This document shows positions 12,701 through 24,700 of a stretch of 64,000 nt of DNA, piece by piece; positions within the stretch are counted from its first letter, which is position 1; the number at the start of each line of letters is the position of its first letter. The DNA is from Ylistrum balloti (taxonomy: Eukaryota), in the NCBI RefSeq assembly GCF_031769215.1, contig NW_026782064.1, positions 310,001 to 374,000 of the forward strand, in the 5' to 3' direction. A model generated the notes under the pieces. That model was not told where the DNA came from. It was given only the letters and a program-made list of their open reading frames with translations, and made no database searches. The position numbers were made by a program, and so were the translations under genes.

Positions 12701-15700
12701 GAAATGATACACCGAGATAACTGATAACATCCTTGATGGTAGTTTTCAGAATTCGTAACAAAAAGCGAGAGGTGGCTGTCTTAATAATTATGGTTACTCG
12801 GTAATGAAATACTTGAAAATGCATATTGGGTTCTCTGATGTTATTTTGATCACTAATTCTGATGTATGTAGCAGATATGTTATCGAATTTCTGTATTCGT
12901 TTAGTAATATTTCCTGAAAATTTCAATTTCCGCTAAACATTAGAACGCCTTGTCATAAAACACGAACGGAATTTAAAAAAAAAACAACATAAACAGGCAC
13001 CAAGAAAAGACATGGCGACTAGCCGAGCACGCTCTGACGTATTAAGACAATGAGAGCCGAAACAAAGCATCGTAAAAAATGCTACAACGAATTAGGACGA
13101 CGTCAACAATAAATTAGCTCGATAAAAAGCACGTGCTCCTGTGGTCAGCGGGAAATTCAAGTAGCTAATTGGCTTCATTAAATGGATCTATCGACAAATG
13201 CAAGCGATTGGGAAATGTTTACGACCAAATCATCGGATTTGTAAAATAAAGCATATTGTTTGAATAGGACTTTGAAGCTTTTGTTTGTCTTAAATAACAC
13301 TATCAGAGATTTATTAGCGTGTTGAAAACCTCAGAATATTATAACAAAAATGGCAACTACCAAAATAGCCGTCTTAATAATTGAAGGTAGAAGCGGTCGT
13401 AATTTACAAATTTAATATTGCTTTAAATAATTGAACCATCCAAGTCTGTTTTCTGTTATACGGGCAGGAGATTTCCCCCAGAAATATACAAAAAAAGTTG
13501 GCTATTTAAGGCATTTGGTAACGTCTTTTTTCTGAGATTTACAAAAAACCTGATCTAATTTTTGTGATCTACAAACAAGATACTTTTGTCATTTAACACA
13601 CACCGCCGGATATCTACATATTGGTTAGGTTCTAGCACGCAGTAATTGAAGGCTGAAAATTGGCCTTGTTTCTGTACATACACGACTTAGATGTATTGTG
13701 AAGCAAGTGTAGGTCCAATTTGATATAGTTGAGCCATTTTACTAAAAACAGAATACCCTAACCCTAACCTCAAACTATAGTGTAATTGTAACGGAACTTT
13801 TTTGTGTTTGAAATGGTAGTTATTGCTACTATAACAAGAAAAACATCGCCCGGAAACCAATCGCGAGAAAAGATATTTTGCATTGAAAAGATATAGAACA
13901 TTTTGATTTTTGTGTCGTTTTTAGCTGCAGAAATATCAACAATGACGTAAATTTAAATCTAACTAAATAAACAAAACAAATATCAACCTCTGAACTGTCC
14001 ATTCGGTGTTTTTGTATGTCCAAATGGAACATTATATCTATCTCTACAGCCTGTAGTGAAAACAAACAAAAACAACAAAAAACAAGAACAAAAAAAAAAA
14101 AAAAAGTATTCATTTGAACAGAAGATATATGTTTAAACAAATTCCTCTTAATCAAGAAGATCGAGTCATAGAGGTAATTCCATCTAAAACATTTAGGATG
14201 AAAGACAAAAAAAATGTTTGTAGATATCACAACCAAGATGACTTGTCTGGTATGAATAACTTACATAAAAAATGGCTTACTGCATTTACAGCATTTGCTG
14301 AAGATGTTACTAAAACATGCGTTTTGTGAAATATCGTTCAATTTTGACTTTTAATCAACTCCCAAACAGCCCTTTAAGCCAACTTCGAACATAAATTCTC
14401 ATTTGTGAAAGTAGAATATCTCATTTTTAAACTTTTAATCTTATGATACTTCAATGCATTTTTCTGAAATAAGTTTCGATGATGATTAATTTGATACTCT
14501 GACTTACGAGCGCAACAAAAGCTAATGCTTTTTAGCATTATATCGTTTTAGCGTGATAGTGTCTACGGCAGGTAAATCGGTACAGTTAAATCACTGATAC
14601 AGTGTTACACAAGAGGTTGGCATTACTCTTCAATGCTAATCCAGTAAAAATTGGATTTCGGGGATTTAGATTTCTCTAGAAATCCTCTTAATACTAAAAT
14701 TCATGTTATATAAAATATTCGAGGATATGTTGATTTAAATTTCCCACGAAATCAGCTAAAATGAATCCTCCGCTAAACGTATTAATCTCTTTTTGAGATG
14801 ATTAAGCGTTACAAACAACAGCAACCTTGACGTTTGTCCTATTGTAGTGTTCAACAATCGGTGTTAATCCTGGATTTAGGACACTGCAATGGTAGGCTAG
14901 ACATAGGCCCGAATGGAGTAAAAGTTGGTCCGGATTTAGGACACTGCAATGGTAGGTTAGACATTGGCCCGAATTGAGTAAAAGTTGGTCCGCATTTAGG
15001 ACACTGCAATGGTAGGTTAGACAAAGGCCCGGATGGAGTAAAAGTTGGTCCGAATTTAGGACACTGCAATGGTAGGTTAGACAAAGGCCCGAATGGAGTA
15101 AAAGTTGGTCCGGATTTAGGACACTGCAATGGTAGGTTAAGTATAGGCCCGAATGGAGTAAAAGTTGGTCCGGATTTAGGACACTGCAATGGTAGGTTAA
15201 GTATAGGCCCGAATGGAGTAAAAGTTGGTTCGGATTTAGGACACTGCAATGGTAGGTTAGACATAGGCCCGAATGGAGTAAAAGTTGGTCCGGATTTAGG
15301 ACACTGCAATGGTAGGTTAAGTATAGGCCCGAATGGAGTAAAAGTTGGTCCGGATTTAGGACACTGCAATGGTAGGTTAAGTATAGGCCCGAATGGAGTA
15401 AAAGTTGGTCCGAATTTAGGACACTGCAATGGTAGGTTAGACAAAGGCCCGAATGGAGCAAAAGTTGGTCCGCATTTAGGACACTGCAATGGTAGGTTAA
15501 GTATAGGCCCGAATGGAGTAAAAGTTGGTCCGGATTTAGGACACTGCAATGGTAGGTTAAGTATAGGCCCGAATGGAGTAAAAGTTGGTTCGGATTTAGG
15601 ACACTGCAATGGTAGGTTAGACATAGGCCCGAATGGAGCAAAAGTTGGTCCGGATTAAGGACACTGCAATGGTAGGTCAGACAAAGGCCCGAATGGAGTA

Positions 15701-18700
15701 AAAGTTGGTCCGGATTTAGGACACTGCAATGGTAGGTTAGACAAAGGCCCGAATTGATTAAAAGTTGGTCCGCATTTAGGACACTGCAATGGTAAGTTAG
15801 ACAAAGGCCCGAATGCAGCAAAAGTTGGTCCGCATTTAGGACACTGCAATGGTAGGTCAGACAAAGGCCCGAATGGAGTAAAAGTTGGTTCGGATTTAGG
15901 ACACTGCAATGGTAGGTTAGACATAGGCCCGAATGGAGTAAACGTTGGTTCGGATTTAGGACACTGCAATGGTAGGTTAGACATAGGCCCGAATGGAGCA
16001 AAAGTTGGTCCGGATTAAGGACACTGCAATGGTTGGTTAGACATAGGCCCGAATGGAGTAAAAGTTGGTTCGGATTTAGGACACTGCAATGGTAGGTTAG
16101 ACATAGGCCCGAATGGAGTAAACGTTGGTCCGGATTAAGGACACTGCAATGGTAGGTCAGACAAAGGCCCGAATGGAGTAAAAGTTGGTCCGGATTTAGG
16201 ACACTGCAATGGTAGGTTAGACAAAGGCCCGAATTGATTAAAAGTTGGTCCGCATTTAGGACACTGCAATGGTAAGTTAGACAAAGGCCCGAATGCAGCA
16301 AAAGTTGGTCCGCATTTAGGACACTGCAATGGTAGGTCAGACAAAGGCCCGAATGGAGTAAAAGTTGGTTCGGATTTAGGACACTGCAATGGTAGGTTAG
16401 ACATAGGCCCGAATGGAGTAAACGTTGGTTCGGATTTAGGACACTGCAATGGTAGGTTAGACATAGGCCCGAATGGAGCAAAAGTTGGTCCGGATTAAGG
16501 ACACTGCAATGGTTGGTTAGACATAGGCCCGAATGGAGTAAAAGTTGGTTCGGATTTAGGACACTGCAATGGTAGGTTAGACATAGGCCCGAATGGAGCA
16601 AAAGTTGGTCCGCATTTAGGACACTGCAATGGTAGGTTAGACAAAGGCCCGAATGGAGTAAACGTTGGTTCGGATTTAGGACACTGCAATGGTAGGTCAG
16701 ACATAGGCCCGAATGGAGTAAACGTTGGTCCGGATTTAGGACACTGCAATGGTAGGTTAGACATAGGCCCGAATGGAGCAAAAGTTGGTCCGGATTTAGG
16801 ACACTGCAATGGTAGGTCAGACAAAGGCCCGAATGGAGTAAAAGTTGGTTCAATATTAGGACACTACAATGGTAGGTTAGACATAGGCCCGAATGGAGTA
16901 AAAGGTGGTCCGGATTTAGGACACTGCAATGGTAGGTTAGACATAGGCCCGAATGGAGTAAAAGTTGGTCCGGATTTAGGACACTGCAATGGTTGGTTAG
17001 ACATAGGCCCGAATGGAGTAAAAGTTGGTTCGGATTTAGGACACTGCAATGGTAGGTTAGACATAGGCCCGAATGGAGTAAACGTTGGTTCGGATTTAGG
17101 ACACTGCAATGGTAGGTTAGACATAGGCCCAAATGGAGTAAAAGTTGGTCCGGATTTAGGAATTGCAATTGTAGGTTCAGCATAGGCCCGAATGGAGAAA
17201 AAGTTGGTCCGGATTTAGGAATTGCAATTGTAGGTTAGACAAAGGCACGAATTGAGTAAAAGTTGGTCCGGATTTAGGACACCAAATTGAGTAAAAGTTT
17301 GCGCGGATTTGGGACACTGCAACTTTAGCGTTAAACTATAGTGTCGGCAAATGATATTTGTTTTAAACGATGAGAGCAAATTTCATACCTACGAATTAAC
17401 ATTCCAACGTCATATCTGGAACACGTCAATTAAAAGTAACAATGGATACAAGAAACACCCCGTGTACAATGGACAGGACATGTTGTTTTCTACGTCAGCA
17501 GGCATCGTCTCGCCTAGTTATAAAATAAAGAACAAAACGTTGTGAAGTCCATAGAACACTTTATGGAGAGGTGTGGAATGGACCAGGGTGGGGCAAGGGG
17601 AGAGTTGACTCTGTAAGGAATGTCAGAGATTCTAAATGAAGCCTGGAGGAATGATCGAGGAGGGAAATTTAATAATCAGTCACGGATAAAGGATGTTAGC
17701 CCTGATTTAGTACCGAAAGGAAGATATGATGCTGGCCCTGATTTAGTACCGAAAGGAAGATATAATGCTGGCCCTGATTTAGTACCGAAAGGAAGATATA
17801 ATGCTGGCCCTGATTTAGTACCGAAAGGAAGACATGATGCTGGCCCTGATTTAGTACCGAAAGGAAGACATGATGCTGGCCCTGATTTAGTACCGAAAGG
17901 AAGACATGATGCTGGCCCTGATTTAGTACCGAAAGGAAGACATAATGCTGGCCCTGATTTAGTACCGAAAGGAAGATATGATGCTGGCCCTGATTTAGTA
18001 CCGAAAGGAAGATATGATGCTGGCCCTGATTTAGTACCGAAAGGAAGATATGATGCTGGCCCTGATTTAGTACCGAAAGGAAGACATGATGCTGGCCCTG
18101 ATTTAGTACCGAAAGGAAGATATAATGCTGGCCCTGATTTAGTACCGAAAGGAAGATATAATGCTGGCCCTGATTTAGTACCGAACAAGAAGACATGATG
18201 CTGGCCCTGATTTAGTACGGAACAAGAAGACATGATGCTGGCCCTGATTTAGTACCGAACAAGAAGACATGATGCTGGCCCTGATTTAGTACCGAACAAG
18301 AAGACATGATGCTGGCCCTGATTTAGTACCGAACAAGAAGACATGATGCTGGCCCTGATTTAGTACCGAACAAGAAGACATGATGCTGGCCCTGATTTAG
18401 TACAGAACAAGAAGACATGATGCTGGTCCTGATTTAGTACCGAACAAGAAGACATGATGCTGGCCCTGATTTAGTACGGAACAAGAAGACATGATGCTGG
18501 CCCTGATTTAGTACCGAACAGGAAGACATGATGCTGGCCCTGATTTAGTACCGAACAAGAAGACATGATGCTGGCCCTGATTTAGTACCGAACAAGAAGA
18601 CATGATGCTGGCCCTGATTTAGTACCGAACAAGAAGATATGATGCTGGTCCTGATTTAGTACCGAACAAGAAGACATGATGCTGGCCCTGATTTAGTACG

Positions 18701-21700
18701 GAACAAGAAGACATGATGCTGGCCCTGATTTAGTACCGAACAAGAAGACATGATGCTGGCCCTGATTTAGTACCGAACAAGAAGACATGATGCTGGCCCT
18801 GATTTAGTACCGAACAAGAAGACATGATGCTGGCCCTGATTTAGTACGGAACAAGAAGACATGATGCTGGCCCTGATTTAGTACGGAACAAGAAGACATG
18901 ATGCTGGCCCTGATTTAGTACCGAAAGGAAGACATGATGCTGGCCCTGATTTAGTACCGAACAAGAAGACATGATGCTGGCCCTGATTTAGTACCGAACA
19001 AGAAGACATGATGCTGGCCCTGATTTAGTACCGAACAAGAAGACATGATGCTGGCCCTGATTTAGTACCGAACAGGAAGACATGATGTTAGCCCTGATTT
19101 AGTACCGAAAGGAAGATATGATGCTGGCCCTGATTTAGTACCGAAAGGAAGATATGATGCTGGCCCTGATTTAGTACCGAACAAGAAGACATGATGCTGG
19201 CCCTGATTTAGTACGGAACAAGAAGACATTATGCTGGCCCTGATTTAGTACGGAACAAGAAGACATGACATTATGCTGGCCCTGATTTAGTACGGAACAA
19301 GAAGACATGATGCTGGCCCTGATTTAGTACCGAAAGGAAGATATGATGCTGGCCCTGATTTAGTACCGAACAAGAAGACATGATGCTGGCCCTGATTTAG
19401 TACCGAACAAGAAGACATGATGCTGGCCCTGATTTAGTACGGAACAAGAAGACATGATGCTGGCCCTGATTTAGTACCGAAAGGAAGATATGATGCTGGC
19501 CCTGATTTAGTACGGAACAAGAAGACATGATGCTGGCCCTGATTTAGTACCGAACAAGAAGACATGATGCTGGTCCTGATTTAGTACCGAACAAGAAGAC
19601 ATGATGCTGGCCCTGATTTAGTACCGAACAGGAAGACATGATGTTAGCCCTGATTTAGTACCGAACAAGAAGACATGATGCTGGCCCTGATTTAGTACCG
19701 AACAAGAAGACATGATGCTGGCCCTGATTTTAGACATGATGCTGGCCCGAACAAGAAGACATGATGCTGGGAACAAGAAGACATGATGCTGGCCCTGATT
19801 TAGTACGGAACAAGAAGACATGATGCTGGCCCTGATTTAGTACCGAACAAGAAGACATGATGCTGGCCCTGATTTAGTACGGAACAAGAAGACATGATGC
19901 TGGCCCTGATTTAGTACCGAACAAGAAGACATGATGCTGGCCCTGATTTAGTACCGAACAAGAAGACATGATGCTGGCCCTGATTTAGTACCGAACAAGA
20001 AGACATGATGCTGGCCCTGATTTAGTACCGAACAAGAAGACATGATGCTGGCCCTGATTTAGTACCGAACAAGAAGACATGATGCTGGCCCTGATTTAGT
20101 ACCGAACAAGAAGACATGATGCTGGCCCTGATTTAGTACCGAACAAGAAGATGCTGGCCCTGATGCTGACATGATGCTGGTCCTGCCAAGAAGACATGAT
20201 GCTGGCCCTGATTTAGTACCGAAATGAAGATATGATGCTGGCCCTGATTTAGTACCGAACAAGAAGACATGATGCTGGCCCTGATTTAGTACCGAACAAG
20301 AAGACCTGATTTAGTACCGAACAAGAAGACATGATGCTGGCCCTGATTTAGTACCGAACAAGAAGACATGATGCTGGCCCTGATTTAGTACCGAACAAGA
20401 AGACATGATGCTGGCCCTGATTTAGTACCGAACAAGAAGACATGATGCTGGCCCTGATTTAGTACGGAACAAGAAGACATGATGCTGGCCCTGATTTAGT
20501 ACGGAACAAGAAGACATGATGCTGGCCCTGATTTAGTACGGAACAAGAAGACATGGTGCTCGCCCTGACTCAATACTCGACAGCACACAAACACTAGAAG
20601 TTAGCCTCGAACTAGTACGCATTAGTGGGGCACTTGACCAAGGTTCCGGTTTAGGACAAATAAGAGAAGAAATTCATCCTGATGTAGAACAGATGTATAT
20701 GCATTTTGTCTTCTCTATACGTTTGCTGACTCTCATTTAGTACACAGCAATCAGCATTATACGTTGGCCCTGAATCGGTACAAATTAATGGTGACTTTAA
20801 ATACTGGCTTGAGTTTACTCGAAAGCCATTTTACCGCGTTTAAGCTACATTTATCTTAATTTGGTTGAATTAAGACTGAGAATTTTGGCCCCGAGTACAA
20901 ATTAACACGCAATGGATGAAGGTCCGTTCAAACATGACTGGATTATGTATAAATGAAGCATGGTTCGATATTTACCAAGATTAAATTCACAAAAATTGGG
21001 ACAAAAAATAAATAAGTTAAATAAAACATACTTTACTTTGCTCATATTTTGGACAAAAAGATTAGATCCGGATACTAGCCAATATTCAGATATCTATCAG
21101 GGTTTCGATCAGAGTTGAACGTAAGAAATTATATATCTAGAGATTTGCCCAGATATATTCAAATATTAGTCCGGATTGAGTACATGAGAAATGGCATCCT
21201 GCTATTTGCCAGGACTGAGTACGATTGAACTTGTATATTTATATATTGTTCCAGAATACACACGATATCATATCTCTAGATATTGGCCCGGATTAAACAC
21301 ACGACATCATCTCTCTAGATATTGGCCCGGATTAAACACACGACATCATCTCTCTAGATATTGGCCCGGATTAAACACACGACATCATATCTCTAGATAT
21401 TGGCCCGGATTAAACACACGACATCATCTCTCTAGATATTGGCCCGGATTAAACACACGATACCATATCTCTAGATATTGGCCCGGATTAAACACACGAT
21501 ATCATATCTCTAGATATTGGCCCGGATTAAACACACGACATCATATCTCTAGATATTGGCCCGGATTAAACACACGACATCATATCTCTAGATATTGGCC
21601 CGGATTAAACACACGACATCATATCTCTAAATATTGGCCCGGATTAAACACACGACATCATATCTCTAGATATTGGCCCGGATTAAACACACGACATCAT

Positions 21701-24700
21701 ATCTCTAGATATTGGCCCGGATTAAACACACGACATCATATCTCTAGATATTGGCCCGGATTAAACACACGACATCATATCTCTTGATATTGGCCCGGAT
21801 TAAACACACGACATCATATCTCTAGATATTGGCCCGGATTAATCACACGACATCATATCTCTAAATACTGACCCGGATTAAGAATACAAACTGAATTTAT
21901 ATTCAGATATTGTCCCGTATTTAAGCACACAGATAATTAAAATCCGCCGCCAATAATTTCTCGGTTAATACGGTACGTGCATTACGAATTCACCACGTGA
22001 TGTTTAGATTTCCGAGGATTTGTCGAAACACCTCAAATATCGATATTGTAAAACTTGTTTGGCGAAACACCTAAGATATCGATATTGTAAAACTTGTTTG
22101 GCGAAACACCTCAAATATCGATATTGTAAAAGCTTTTTTGGAGATTAATCTCTGAGAGTGACATGCTGTGTTGAGCCTTCGTCCTGTACGTTTAGTGTAA
22201 ACATATTTTATTTGGAAAATTCAAAAGGAATTGGACAGTTCTATAGTATGAGCGTGTTTTAGTACAACGGTTCATCTAGATTCCGCGGATGTCGTCATGA
22301 GATATTCTTATGTTGAAAAATGAAAATTAATAAACCCGCGTGACCTTTAACTCACACTGGTTAAATAGTTTGTTTATTCGCACGGACGCTTATTAGTTGG
22401 TGGCTACCTCGCTGAACAACGTACAGGAGGCCCGTCGCATTATCTCCACAGCGACTGGGGTGAAGAGTCTAGTCAAAATACGCAACAATGATAGCAAGGA
22501 CCTGGCCGTTTCCCAGGGATGGAGCGCCAAACCACACACATAGAATTTTCATCTACCCAAGTTTTAATGCATAATAATACGCAAATGGATCGGACGTAAG
22601 TTATCAATGTCCTCTCGATAGGCAGATGACAATATATGCTAACCCGTATTTAGTAAAATAAGAAACAAGGCTGTCTTGAAATGAAACATCTATGTTATGT
22701 ATTTCAACGCTTTTGGAAACCTAAAGTGTGTACATTCAGTAAATATAACGAATTACACACCAAATTGGTTTGAAAGAATTGTATTGATATGTTTAAAGTA
22801 GAATATATCGTAATAAGGCACCTGTTTACCAATATATACTGTACCGTGACCTTTCACTAAAACATACAAGTTCGCGGAAACGTTTAGCAACCTTATTTGT
22901 TGTAAGATCCGCGATAAAATAAATCTATTTTTAGTAACCGCTGATTGTATGATCTCCCTACAGGAAGCATGCCAAGAAAACACGTGAGTTTTTTAACTTA
23001 CTACCTACCGACGAGAAGGCCAGTTCAGAGCTTATGATAGAAAATTGTGTTTAACTATCTGTCACAGGTATTTGTTATTAACCGGAAGTACCGGTCTACT
23101 GTCACAGACAAGTTACGTAGGGATATTGACCGACCTTATGTTCTTACACAAACATACATACGCGCGTGTTTGTTTTGCTAATTGATGTTTTGGTAAAGGA
23201 TCGGAGAAGACAACAAATCCGATATTTTGTTTATTTATCAACACCATTATTTACTTACGATATGTAAATGAACTTCTGACAGCTGTATCAATTACAGACA
23301 TATACTGATAACAAAGAGTTAGAGAGTGACGATAGCCAATTTATCAGTTACATAAATAGTGTTATTGATACTTGTTATCCGGCGAAAGAATAGAATTTCC
23401 AACTGAAGCCATTCGAGATGTATTAAACGTCCCACCATTGTTTTCTTCTTTTATGTTCGCTTATGATAACTAATATAAGATAGATTCGTTTCACAAATTT
23501 TTGAAAGTTCAACCAGATTTCATTTGTGGCTTTATCTCCCTGTGCACATTTTGATGCAGCTCAGAGTAGTAGCTGAGTGAAACCCCACTGAACAACATTT
23601 GAGAGGCCCGTCGCATGCTATCTACAGAAATTAAGGTAACGTACATTGCTTAAAGATATAAAACGGACTTTAAATGAGAAAGGATACAAGAAAAAATGTA
23701 AGCCTTCGGAAATTTCTGTCATAGTTCAATTGCATGACGACATAGAGATCCCATAAACATCACATTAACATACTAATAGCTTATATTTATGTTATAGTTA
23801 TGTGGCTACATTATTGATGACGATGAACCAACCGGTCGATTAAGATATCAAATTACATACTGCAATTTGTTTGATGAAGGTTAAAGACTACTTATAGTAT
23901 TATACATATCGAACCAAACTGGATCTGCTATATGTGCCTTTTCATGCAAAATACAACTCCCTAAAAAGGGGGAAAACAAAACAAAAAAAACAAAAAACAA
24001 AAGGCAAACAAAACAAAAATCAAGAAAAAGAATACACTGAGGTTAAATAATTAACATCTATACATGACATTGAGAAGACTGTAAATGCCGTTTCCTGTTG
24101 ATAATGATTGTGTCGTGATTATAACCTACGAGTCTCCAGTACGTAATGCTGTCACGATTTTTTTATCTCTTTTTTTTAATTTATGTATTGTTTTGATTTT
24201 TGTGATAAATCATATTGAATCTGGGTACAAAACCAAACGTTTAGATACATAGCAAGGTGTGGTGTTTGCATGTAAAGCTGTGACATTTATATTGAGTGTA
24301 AATGTAATATGAAGACAGTATAATGATTTACATTTCGCTTGATATGTTCGCCTGCTTTGGGAAATGCGTGTCCGGGTTATAAAATTTCAGCTAGATGACG
24401 GCATTTTGTTGCAATGTATGTGAAACAAAACCAACCAAAAGAAAAATAAATAAATGAATAAGCATGTTTTTTGTGTATTTCCGTTTATACGAATTATTCT
24501 TAATGCAGGTATCACGAGTCAATAGTCGCCGCAAAGTTAAACTGGAAATTAAGCGTGCGCGAAGTTAAACAATTTGTGTAAAATTCATTCTTCCTCATGA
24601 TTATATGCCATTTATGTTATTATTTCACACTCAATAAAATTACATGGTAGACCTATCACTCGCTAAATCACTAATCATATCATCAACTTCCTTCCTACTC

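Noticed and set aside
14802-17183. 793-aa ORF and overlapping ORFs ([20 protein letters not shown] / [19 protein letters not shown] repeats)
   Set aside because: Translation of the 60-bp satellite inside an intron; a period divisible by 3 explains the open frames; no domain, signal peptide or splice support.
21191-21787. 198-aa ORF of [13 protein letters not shown] repeats
   Set aside because: Translation of the 39-bp satellite; no independent coding evidence.
17690-21885. CRISPR-like appearance of 36/37- and 39-bp repeats
   Set aside because: Repeats are head-to-tail with no unique spacers, there are no cas genes, and the context is a eukaryotic intron.
21935-21985. Possible MITE/TIR end (...aataatttctcggttaatacggta), with a similar-looking stretch near 14745-14780
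   Set aside because: No matching inverted partner end or TSD found, so I cannot claim that the satellite cluster lies inside a TIR element.
22405-23630. Short shared motif ctgaacaac...gaggcccgtcgcat at about 22410 and 23598
   Set aside because: Only about 35 bp of partial similarity; probably remnants of a dispersed repeat, with no structure to interpret.
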